From: Nitrospirota bacterium
GTDB lineage: Bacteria; Nitrospirota; Thermodesulfovibrionia; Thermodesulfovibrionales; Dissulfurispiraceae
DNA length: 24,000 nt
Direction: 5' to 3'
Assembly (NCBI GenBank): GCA_963790025.1
Contig: CAWBMP010000005.1
Coordinates: forward strand, 271,508 to 295,507
Positions 7,930-16,167 of the stretch are shown here, in pieces. Made by a program: the position numbers and the translations under genes. Each line of letters starts with the position of its first letter. Position 1 is the first letter of the stretch. The notes beneath the pieces are model-generated. The model searched no databases. It had not been told where the DNA came from and saw only the letters and a program-made list of their open reading frames with translations.

Positions 7930-7996
7930 GGTACTTGACAACAACCTGTAATATGTTTTATACAAATTATATAGTTTAAGAGCTTAATAAAGAAAA

Positions 7997-8404
7997 TTGA
8001 TATATATGGATTTTAGCAAAAAACGTATTTTTTGTCTGCTTTTCCTCGCCTGCTTCATTATTTATGCGTTATCAACCGCTGTCTGTTATATTTACAGCGG
8101 CAAGACCGTTGTACCTGTTCCCCTTCCCTGCAGTTTTGCCAGGAAGTTTGTCGGCCATGGGACCGTCAATCCGTTTGAAAAAAACAACCGCGGCGTTGAC
8201 ATTATTGTGCACATTGTGCGAACTCTTGTTCCGGAAGACAGCATTGCAAAATTATCGTATTTAAAAAAGACACCTGTGTCCAAAAGCTGTTTTTCGATGC
8301 GTTCAATGCAGTCTTCTTTTTATTCTGGAATTTCACCATTTGGGAAAGTCCCGGCCACCGGTTTCCGGTTCTTATGTTCGGGACTCTCTCCTCCATCAGT
8401 TTAG
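7997..8404 (+). CDS. Hypothetical small protein with an N-terminal hydrophobic segment. This is a weak call.
   Basis: It is the only ORF over 100 aa in the 7868-8562 gap. It has an N-terminal hydrophobic stretch (IFCLLFLACFIIYALSTAV). I recognise no motif and see no clear SD. A TTGACA (7935-7940) lies upstream. Confidence 0.25.
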   Translation: MIYMDFSKKRIFCLLFLACFIIYALSTAVCYIYSGKTVVPVPLPCSFARKFVGHGTVNPFEKNNRGVDIIVHIVRTLVPEDSIAKLSYLKKTPVSKSCFSMRSMQSSFYSGISPFGKVPATGFRFLCSGLSPPSV

Positions 8405-8562
8405 TTTTCCTTTCGAAAACATTTATGCCTGCATAGTCTGATCCCCGAACGGAGTGGGATCGGTCTTTGCTCTTTCAGCGTTGAAAAAACGACAATCCGT
8501 GTCCTTGTTGAAAGAAATGACACTGTCCGACTTTTCACATGGGCACTTAAAGAGGAGGTAAT

Positions 8563-10026
8563 ATGTGCAGATCAAAAAAAGATATGACTAAGATGTGTCC
8601 GACTGTGCTTGTCGTATGGGCGACCGTTGCGGCGGTCCTGTGTTTTCAGGTGAATACATACGCGGACGGACCGGCAATATCGCGGCAATCCATTGACTTG
8701 CTTTCGAGAGAGAGCCATGCCAGGGCGGAAGTGGCCGCTGCCGTGAAGCCCGCAGTTGTGAATGTCTCGACTACGAAGACCGTGAAATCGGGGCAGACGA
8801 TCAATCCTTTTCTGAACGACCCATTCTTCAGACAGTTCTTCGGCAACGGGCCTTTCGAGCATCCAAAGGAGCACAAGCAGGCGAGTCTCGGCTCGGGCGT
8901 CATTGTGGATGCCGACGGATATATATTGACGAATAATCATGTGATAAAGGACGCTGACCAGATAAAAATAAAACTTGCGGATAAGCGGGAATTCAACGGC
9001 AGGGTCATAGGGACTGACCCTAAAACCGACCTTGCCGTGGTCAAGATTAATGCGACGCATCTTCCTTTCCTGAAGTGGGGTGACTCGGACAAACTGGAGG
9101 TTGGCGATACCGTACTGGCAGTCGGCAATCCTTACGGTCTGAACCAGACGGTAACGTCCGGGATTGTCAGCGCGACGGGCAGGGCCAATGTCGGCATAGC
9201 TGATTACGAAGACTTCATACAGACAGACGCGCCTATTAATCCCGGGAATTCAGGGGGCGCTCTGGTCAATGTGAGGGGCGAACTCGTCGGGATCAACACC
9301 GCCATATTCAGTACATCCGGCGGCTACCAGGGGATTGGATTTGCGATCCCGGGAAGCATGGCAAAAGTAGTGATGAGAGGTCTGATCAGGAACGGAAAGA
9401 TTGTCAGGGGATGGTTGGGTGTCTCCATTCAGGCTGTTACCCCTGAACTGGCCGGGCAGTTCGGACTTAAGGATGAAAAAGGCGCGCTCGTAGCTGATAT
9501 TGCAGAGAAAAGCCCGGCAGAAATGGCTGGAATTAAGCGGGCGGACTTGATCATTAAATATGACGGGAAAGAGGTGAGCGACCCGTCGAACCTGAGAAAT
9601 ATGGTTGCAAGCACTCCCCCGAACAAAGACGTTGCGATACAGCTTATCCGGGCAGGCAAGGTCCTGACGGTGAGGGCCGTGATTCTTGAGATGCCGGCTG
9701 AGATGCAAAAACCCTTGCAGTCATCCTCTGCTGCGTCCAATAACGTTTTCAAAGGAGTCCAGGTACAGGATATCACGCCTGAATTAAGGAAGGAGCTTAA
9801 TATCCCGAACCGGATAACCGGCGTAATCGTCTCGGACGCGCAAGAAGGAAGCCTTGCGGGAAATGTCCTGATGCGCAAAGATATCATCCTTGAAATCAAC
9901 AGGAACAGGATAGAGAGCGTCAGGGATTACGAGGCAATGGCATCGAAGATCGAACACGGCCGGAATGTTCTCTTACTGGTTTACAGGAACGGGTCAACTT
10001 TTTATGTTGCCTTGCCTGCAAAATAA
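8563..10026 (+). CDS. htrA: Periplasmic serine endoprotease of the HtrA/DegP/DegQ family (trypsin-like domain plus two PDZ domains).
   Basis: 487 aa ORF with a signal-like N-terminus. The catalytic triad contexts are TNNHVI, DLAVVKI and GNSGGALVN. Two PDZ-like regions follow (GWLGVSIQ...; GVQVQDITPEL...). AGGAGG lies 6 nt upstream of the ATG at 8563. Confidence 0.94.
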   Translation: MCRSKKDMTKMCPTVLVVWATVAAVLCFQVNTYADGPAISRQSIDLLSRESHARAEVAAAVKPAVVNVSTTKTVKSGQTINPFLNDPFFRQFFGNGPFEHPKEHKQASLGSGVIVDADGYILTNNHVIKDADQIKIKLADKREFNGRVIGTDPKTDLAVVKINATHLPFLKWGDSDKLEVGDTVLAVGNPYGLNQTVTSGIVSATGRANVGIADYEDFIQTDAPINPGNSGGALVNVRGELVGINTAIFSTSGGYQGIGFAIPGSMAKVVMRGLIRNGKIVRGWLGVSIQAVTPELAGQFGLKDEKGALVADIAEKSPAEMAGIKRADLIIKYDGKEVSDPSNLRNMVASTPPNKDVAIQLIRAGKVLTVRAVILEMPAEMQKPLQSSSAASNNVFKGVQVQDITPELRKELNIPNRITGVIVSDAQEGSLAGNVLMRKDIILEINRNRIESVRDYEAMASKIEHGRNVLLLVYRNGSTFYVALPAK

Positions 10027-10068
10027 CATAGGATATTGCAGCACTTATCGTGTTTACGGCCCAAATCC

Positions 10069-10104
10069 TCCTCGCTCCTTTCCTCATTTAAGGGGGAGCG
10101 AGGA
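10069..10104 (+). terminator. Hairpin downstream of htrA. It is a candidate terminator but lacks an adjacent U-tract.
   Basis: tcctcgctcc (10069-10078) pairs with ggagcgagga (10095-10104), giving a 10-bp stem and a 16-nt loop. The nearest T-run starts about 20 nt further downstream, so this is not a canonical intrinsic terminator. Confidence 0.35.
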
Positions 10105-10197
10105 TGGGTTGTGGATGAAGTTTTTTAAAAAGCGCGGTAAAATATATTAAGAAGTTGCGAATATTTGAAACGTATATATGTTTGAGGCTGCAAGATA

Positions 10198-11751
10198 ATG
10201 AAAGATAACTTTAGTTTTTTGCGGGCAAATCTTTCCTCAAGTCCGAACTTGAAATGGTTCATTTTATCAACCGTCCTGATGGGCGCTGCCATGTCGGCCC
10301 TGGATGTAAGCATCGTTAACATAGCAATGCCCACCCTGAAAACCACTTTTAACGTATCAATGGCGGTAATAGAGTGGATAGCTATCGCTTACACGCTTGC
10401 GCTGACTGTTTTCCTGCCTCTGTTTGGCAGGCTGGCTGACATGTTCGGCAGGTCAAAACTCTATAACATCGGTTTTGTAGTCTTTTCAGCTGGTTCTTTA
10501 CTCTGCGGAATGTCACCCACCGCGAGCTTTATGATAGCATCCCGGGTCATCCAGGCAATAGGGGCAGGACTTCTACAGGCCAACTCTGTTGCACTTATCA
10601 CGCATGCCTTTCCAGCCTACGAGCGGGGCAGGGCAATCGGCATTCAGGGAGCTGTTCAGGCAATTTCAATGGCTTTGGGTCCGTTTGTAGGGGGCATTCT
10701 GATAGCAACAGTGGGCTGGCGCGCCATTTTCTATATAAATATTCCGATTGGTTTGCTTGGTACCATGGCGGCCCTACTGGTCTTGCCTGCTGACCAGCCG
10801 ATCAAAGAGAAGCAGAAGATAGATTATCCGGGGGCCGTTTTTTTTGCCTCCGGGCTTGCTCTGCTGATGCTGGCTCTCAACGAGGCCGTCAGACTTGGCT
10901 GGACCTCGCACACTATTATTACATACTTCTTTTCCGGCATCATTTTATTTTTCCTTTTCGTCATTACTGAGTTGAAGGTTGAGCAGCCGCTGATCAATCT
11001 CGGTCTCTTCAGGCATCCCACTTTTCTCATAGGGAACCTGACAGGCATGCTGTCCTATTTCGTATTGTTCACCGTTTTGTTCCTGATGCCCTTTTATTTG
11101 GAAAAGGTATTGGGTTTCAACGCCGTTCTCACCGGCAGTCTGCTAACCCCTATTCCGCTTGCCATGATGGTGGTGGCCCCATTCTCCGGTCATATTTCCG
11201 ATAAATATGGGCCGAGGATAATGACTACAACGGGGATGTTCATATCGGCCCTTGCCTGCCTGTCGCTTGTATTCACCGGGCAATCGGTCAGCATGCCTCT
11301 GCTGATAGCCGAATTGATATGCCTCGGAATCGGAATAGGATTGTTCACGCCGTCGAACAACAGCGCCATAATGAGCTCGGCCCCTAAAGATAAATGGGGT
11401 GTGGCCGGCGGTCTTCTGAACATGATGCGCTCCCTGGGACTTATCCTGGGAGTGAACATCTCCGGTCTCATATTTACCTCAATGGAGCACCGCTATCTGG
11501 CAGAAAAAGGATACCCTAACGTGCAGCACGTGTTCAGCAATAGCAGCATTCCTTTGCTGATTAAAGACAATGCCTTCATGCACGGTTTCATCTTCGTCAT
11601 GGTAGTTCTTCTTCTCCTCAATCTCTTTTCGCTCTTCTTTGCGGCGACTAACAAGAACTGGGTTGTGCTCGTTCGGAAGCGGGCTGTGTTGCAAAGTAAA
11701 AGGGATAAGTGGAGGAGACATAAAACAGGCCGACCCGACATAGAGGAATAG
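10198..11751 (+). CDS. MFS transporter, DHA2 (EmrB/QacA-like, 14-TMS) drug:H+ antiporter family.
   Basis: 517 aa ORF that is hydrophobic throughout, with many predicted TM helices. MFS motif A is present (GRLADMFGRSK). The layout is typical of DHA2, including ALDVSIVNIAMPT near the N-terminus. Confidence 0.9.
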   Translation: MKDNFSFLRANLSSSPNLKWFILSTVLMGAAMSALDVSIVNIAMPTLKTTFNVSMAVIEWIAIAYTLALTVFLPLFGRLADMFGRSKLYNIGFVVFSAGSLLCGMSPTASFMIASRVIQAIGAGLLQANSVALITHAFPAYERGRAIGIQGAVQAISMALGPFVGGILIATVGWRAIFYINIPIGLLGTMAALLVLPADQPIKEKQKIDYPGAVFFASGLALLMLALNEAVRLGWTSHTIITYFFSGIILFFLFVITELKVEQPLINLGLFRHPTFLIGNLTGMLSYFVLFTVLFLMPFYLEKVLGFNAVLTGSLLTPIPLAMMVVAPFSGHISDKYGPRIMTTTGMFISALACLSLVFTGQSVSMPLLIAELICLGIGIGLFTPSNNSAIMSSAPKDKWGVAGGLLNMMRSLGLILGVNISGLIFTSMEHRYLAEKGYPNVQHVFSNSSIPLLIKDNAFMHGFIFVMVVLLLLNLFSLFFAATNKNWVVLVRKRAVLQSKRDKWRRHKTGRPDIEE

Positions 11752-11789
11752 CCGGAAGAAAAGGCGCAGGCGTTCCGGTCCCGGAAAAA

Positions 11790-11817
11790 TGAAAAGACGC
11801 AAGCGGTGTGGTAGAAT
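11790..11817 (+). promoter_or_regulatory. Candidate sigma70-type promoter with an extended -10 element, upstream of the PP2C-copA gene string.
   Basis: TGgTAGAAT lies at 11809-11817 (extended -10). A weak -35-like TGAAAA at 11790-11795 gives a 16-nt spacer. This rests on sequence pattern only. Confidence 0.3.
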
Positions 11818-11867
11818 GATCTGACACACCGGCAACTTTACACGGACACTTGAGTTTTAGGAATGCC

Positions 11868-12587
11868 ATGAAGATAGCATGCAGAACAGATAAAGGCAGA
11901 AAGCGCGAGATGAACCAGGATATGGTATTGGCAGACACGGAAAGAGGGCTGGTCCTTCTTGCCGACGGTATAGGGGGTTGCCATATTGGAGGTGAGGTGG
12001 CCAGTGAACTTGCAGTAAAAGAGGCCTATGCCTATCTCGAAGACAAGGTTGATCATACTCCATGTGAGACTGCAGACCCTGTGCTTCTTTCTGAAGCAGT
12101 TGTCCATGCACACAAGATTATACGGGAAAAAGCCCGGTCGGAAAAGGAATGCGCAGGCATGGGGACAACTCTTGTCATCCTGCTGATGAGGGGCAGAACG
12201 GCATACATCTGCCACGTCGGCGACAGCCGCGCTTATGTTATACGACAAAAAATATGTCAGATTACGGAGGACCAGACCTTCCAGAATTCCATTGATGAGG
12301 ACCCGATAATCCGCAGTCTGTTCTTCCGGAAAAAGGCCCGTACACTTATGCAGGCAGTGGGGATATCGGGAGATCTGACTCCGGAATCGGTCCAGGTGGA
12401 ACTCAAGTGTGGAGCTGTTCTTCTTCTCTGTTCCGACGGGCTTACGGATATGCTCTCCGATCAGGAGATTTTGGGGATCATTCACAGCAACAACTTTGAT
12501 CCCGACGCATCCGCGGACGCTCTTGTCTCTGAAGCAAATGAAAAGGGCGGTATTGACAACATCACCGTTGCACTGGTCTCGCTATAG
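11868..12587 (+). CDS. PP2C-family Ser/Thr protein phosphatase (Stp/PrpC-like).
   Basis: Motifs: RTDKGRKREMNQD, LLADGIGG, LLLCSDGLTD and GGIDNITV. The ORF track starts at a TTG (11850). I prefer the ATG at 11868, which has AGGA 6 nt upstream. Confidence 0.88.
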   Translation: MKIACRTDKGRKREMNQDMVLADTERGLVLLADGIGGCHIGGEVASELAVKEAYAYLEDKVDHTPCETADPVLLSEAVVHAHKIIREKARSEKECAGMGTTLVILLMRGRTAYICHVGDSRAYVIRQKICQITEDQTFQNSIDEDPIIRSLFFRKKARTLMQAVGISGDLTPESVQVELKCGAVLLLCSDGLTDMLSDQEILGIIHSNNFDPDASADALVSEANEKGGIDNITVALVSL

Positions 12588-12598
12588 GACAAGGTTGA

Positions 12599-15049
12599 AT
12601 GACTGATAAAATAGATATTCCTGTAACCGGCATGACCTGTGCTGCCTGTGCCGCTGCTATAGAAAGGACCTTGCCTCGCATCAACGGTGTAAAAACAGCG
12701 GCTGTAAATTTTCCGGCCGAAAGGGCCACTGTTGAATTTACCGACCAAAAGGAACCCGTTCCTCTGCAGGTCATCATTGAAGCCATAAAGGGCGAAGGAT
12801 ATGGGGTTGCGTCGGTAAAAATGAATTTCGCAGTCAGGGGAATGACCTGTGCTGCATGCGTCGGAGCCGTTGAAAGCGCACTGAAGGCACTTTACGGCGT
12901 TTTGAATGTTTCGGTAAACCTTGCGGCTGAAAAGGCTGCTGTTGAATATATACCTACTATCGTCGGGTTCGAGGAATTTAAACGTGTTGTCAAAGAAGCG
13001 GGATATGCTGCAGAACAGCTGACCGATGAGTTTGTCGACACTGAACGCGAGCGCAGGGAAAGGGAATACCTGACGCTGCGCAAGCAATTTATTATCAGCG
13101 CTGCAATGACCGTACCTATTTTCATCGGCAATATGCTGTCTGTTCCATTGCTTTCAAGCTGGTATCTGCTCTTTGCTCTTGCAACGCCGGTCCAATTCTG
13201 GAGCGGCATGCGCTTCCACCGTGCGGCCTTGTCTGCCCTAAAACACGGCACGACAAATATGAATACACTTATCAGTGTCGGGACCAATGCCGCATTTATT
13301 TACAGCTCAGTGGCAACCTTTGCACCGGGATTGTTTATTGCAGGAGGCGTAGCCCCACAGGTATATTTTGATACCTCCGCTGCCATAATAACGCTGATCC
13401 TTCTCGGCAGGCTGCTCGAAGCAAGGGCAAAAGGGAAGACCTCGGAGGCCATAAGGAAACTAATGGGACTTCAGGCAAAGACCGCTGCTGTTGTGCGTGA
13501 CGGTGAGGAGGTCGAGATTTTGATCGAGGAACTGGCAGCCGGCGACATAGTGGTGGTCAGACCGGGTGGCAGGATACCGGTGGATGGGACAGTGGTAAGC
13601 GGCTATTCGACAGTTGATGAATCCATGCTTACCGGGGAAAGCCTGCCCGTAGATAAAATAGAGGGAGACAACGTATTCAGCGGTACAGTGAACAAGGCAG
13701 GCAGTTTCAGGCTCCGGGCGCTGAAAATAGGCAAGGAGACGATGCTTGCGCAGATTATAAGGCTCGTGGAAGCTGCGCAGGGGAGCAAGGCGCCGATCCA
13801 GCGGCTCGCAGACAAGATTGCTTCGATCTTTGTCCCCGTTGTTATCAGCATCGCTGCCCTTACTTTCATAATATGGCTTATTGCGGGACCGGCCCCGTCA
13901 TTTACGCTTGCCTTGATGAATTTCATAGCGGTGCTGATTATCGCGTGCCCCTGCTCGTTGGGACTTGCTACGCCTACGGCAATCATGGTCGGTACAGGCA
14001 AAGGGGCTGAAAACGGCATACTGATAAGGGACGCCCAGGCATTGGAATTGTCCCATAAAATCGGGGTCGTTATAATGGATAAAACTGGTACTATCACAAA
14101 AGGAGAGCCTGAAGTACTGGATATTGCTGCTGCGGTAGGCATGTCGCCTGATGCTGTCCTCAAGATTGCCGCAGCGGCGGAAAAACTGTCTGAACATCCT
14201 CTCGGCAAGGCAATAGTAAAGAAGGCTGTTGAAAAGGGTTTGGTTATGGCCGCTCCCCTGGATTTTACGGCCTCGCCTGGTGGCGGCATAAGGGCAAAAG
14301 TCCTGGATGACGGAAGGGAAAAAGAGGTTTTTATCGGCAATGAGAGAATGCTCCGTAATGAGGGCATCGACTTAAGTCCTGTTATGGATATGGCCCGTCA
14401 TACTGCATCCGGGGGCAGGACTCCGGTTTTCATTGCTGCTGATAAAAATGTGATTGGCGTTATCTCAATAGCCGATGCGATTAAGGAAGGGTCGTCAGAT
14501 GCCATAAAGGATTTACAGTCTATGCGTATAGAGGTTATAATGATAACTGGCGATCATCTGGGCACGGCAGAAGCAATAGCAAAGGAAGTCGGGATTAAAA
14601 CATTCTTTGCCGATGTGCTGCCGGGGGAGAAAGTCGAAATCGTAAAGAGAATAAAGTCCGGTGGAAAAGTAACAGCTATGGTCGGAGACGGGATTAATGA
14701 TGCACCTGCGCTGGCTGAAGCCGATGTTGGTATTGCTATAGGCACCGGCACTGATATCGCAATCGAAGCCTCCGGTCTGACCCTGATTAAAGGGGACCTG
14801 AAAAGCGTAGCGGACGCCATAAGGTTGAGCAAACTTACCATCAGGACCATAAAGCAGAACCTTTTCTGGGCTTTTTTTTACAATGCCGTCGGCATTCCAA
14901 TTGCCGCAGGGGTGCTCTACCCGTTTGGAGGCCCGTTGCTTAATCCTATGTTTGCATCAGCAGCAATGGCGTTCAGTTCTGTTTCCGTAGTAAGCAACTC
15001 TTTGCGGCTGCGGGGAAAGAATCTGCAGAAAAGTTTTCCGGAGGACTGA
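12599..15049 (+). CDS. copA: Copper-translocating P1B-type ATPase with two N-terminal heavy-metal-associated domains.
   Basis: 816 aa ORF. It has two GMTCAAC metal-binding motifs, TGES, the transmembrane CPC motif ([11 protein letters not shown]), DKTGTIT, SEHP, MITGD and [10 protein letters not shown]. Confidence 0.96.
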   Translation: MTDKIDIPVTGMTCAACAAAIERTLPRINGVKTAAVNFPAERATVEFTDQKEPVPLQVIIEAIKGEGYGVASVKMNFAVRGMTCAACVGAVESALKALYGVLNVSVNLAAEKAAVEYIPTIVGFEEFKRVVKEAGYAAEQLTDEFVDTERERREREYLTLRKQFIISAAMTVPIFIGNMLSVPLLSSWYLLFALATPVQFWSGMRFHRAALSALKHGTTNMNTLISVGTNAAFIYSSVATFAPGLFIAGGVAPQVYFDTSAAIITLILLGRLLEARAKGKTSEAIRKLMGLQAKTAAVVRDGEEVEILIEELAAGDIVVVRPGGRIPVDGTVVSGYSTVDESMLTGESLPVDKIEGDNVFSGTVNKAGSFRLRALKIGKETMLAQIIRLVEAAQGSKAPIQRLADKIASIFVPVVISIAALTFIIWLIAGPAPSFTLALMNFIAVLIIACPCSLGLATPTAIMVGTGKGAENGILIRDAQALELSHKIGVVIMDKTGTITKGEPEVLDIAAAVGMSPDAVLKIAAAAEKLSEHPLGKAIVKKAVEKGLVMAAPLDFTASPGGGIRAKVLDDGREKEVFIGNERMLRNEGIDLSPVMDMARHTASGGRTPVFIAADKNVIGVISIADAIKEGSSDAIKDLQSMRIEVIMITGDHLGTAEAIAKEVGIKTFFADVLPGEKVEIVKRIKSGGKVTAMVGDGINDAPALAEADVGIAIGTGTDIAIEASGLTLIKGDLKSVADAIRLSKLTIRTIKQNLFWAFFYNAVGIPIAAGVLYPFGGPLLNPMFASAAMAFSSVSVVSNSLRLRGKNLQKSFPED

Positions 15050-16167
15050 TGCAGAGAAAAGTATATGTTGCTGATGATGTCTCTATAAATATAGAGCTTG
15101 TAGAGTCCGTTTTCAGAAATGATCCCGACCTTTTGATAAGAAAGGCCGAGAACGGACAGGAACTCATGGCATGTATTGAAAGCCACGGCTTTCCCGACCT
15201 CCTCATCCTCGATCTGATGATGCCGGTAATGGACGGCTTCGATGTGCTAAGGAATTTGAAGAAGGCGAGGGAGGCGAGATACTTTCCTGTTATAGTCCTT
15301 TCCGCGCTGTCCGACAAGCAGAGCATTGTCAAGGCCCTGTCCATGGGGGCGGACGACTATGTTACCAAACCGTTCTTTGTCGAGGAACTAAAGGCGCGGG
15401 TCAGCAATATGCTGAAGCTGAAGGAGAGGGATGAATATTTAAATACGTCGCTTGATGTAATGGAATCAAATCTCATCGAGAAGTTGCAGATGCTCGAGAG
15501 CACCCAATTGGAAGTTATTATCAAATTGGGCACGGCTGCTGAATTCAGGGATGATGAGACCGGAAGGCATATTGAGCGTATTGCTGCTTACGTTGACTTA
15601 ATAAGCGATAAAATGAGCGTGAACCGCGAACTGCGTATCATGATGCAATACGCCGCTCCCATGCATGATGTCGGCAAAATAGGCATTCCGGACGCGGTGC
15701 TCATGAAGCCGGGGAAACTCACCAGCGAGGAATTTAACATAATAAAGCTCCATACGCTGATCGGCGGCAAAATTTTGAGCGGAACAAACCTTCCGCTGCT
15801 TGAACTTGCGAAGGAAATAGCCATTACCCATCACGAACGTTGGGACGGGTCCGGCTATCCTTTGGGTCTTAAAGGTAATGATATACCTGTATCGGGCAGG
15901 GTGGTTGCCGTCACGGATGTTTTTGACGCGATTACCTCGGAAAGGGTGTACAAATCAGCATGGCCTATTGAAAGGGCGCTGGAATATATAAATGATATGA
16001 GGGGTAAACAGTTCGATCCCGATGTCATCGATGCCTTTTTTGCAATAGAGACTGAAATAATAGAGGTGAGAAAGGTAAAAAAAGATCTGCCTGTGGCCAA
16101 ACCTATGATTCATCAAATTATAGATGGCGATATCAGTTTTGAACAACTGATTCAGCAATGGAGATAA
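15049..16167 (+). CDS. Response regulator with a receiver domain and an HD-GYP domain (RpfG-type predicted c-di-GMP phosphodiesterase).
   Basis: Receiver residues: VADD, LLILDLMMP, LSALS and TKPF. HD-GYP motifs: MHDVGKIGIPD and HHERWDGSGYP. Its start overlaps the copA stop (TGATG), and GGAGGA lies just upstream. Confidence 0.93.
   Translation: MQRKVYVADDVSINIELVESVFRNDPDLLIRKAENGQELMACIESHGFPDLLILDLMMPVMDGFDVLRNLKKAREARYFPVIVLSALSDKQSIVKALSMGADDYVTKPFFVEELKARVSNMLKLKERDEYLNTSLDVMESNLIEKLQMLESTQLEVIIKLGTAAEFRDDETGRHIERIAAYVDLISDKMSVNRELRIMMQYAAPMHDVGKIGIPDAVLMKPGKLTSEEFNIIKLHTLIGGKILSGTNLPLLELAKEIAITHHERWDGSGYPLGLKGNDIPVSGRVVAVTDVFDAITSERVYKSAWPIERALEYINDMRGKQFDPDVIDAFFAIETEIIEVRKVKKDLPVAKPMIHQIIDGDISFEQLIQQWR

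Noticed and set aside
8508-8532. Sigma32-like heat-shock promoter upstream of htrA: TTGAAA, a 13-nt spacer, then CCGACT.
   Set aside because: The -10 part matches the CCCCATNT consensus at only about half its positions. That is too weak to report as a feature without transcription start site data.
8572-9899. Minus-strand ORFs antisense to htrA: 8572..9060, 9250..9708 and 9429..9899.
   Set aside because: They are shadow ORFs opposite a gene with a complete catalytic triad and PDZ domains.
11838-14367. Long minus-strand ORFs antisense to the PP2C and copA genes: 11838..12485 (215 aa), 12482..13087 (201 aa) and 13603..14367 (254 aa).
   Set aside because: They lie entirely inside genes whose plus-strand products carry unambiguous family motifs. 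Their translations are low-complexity (Ser/Ala/Ile/Pro-rich) with no motifs and no SD. This is typical of shadow ORFs.
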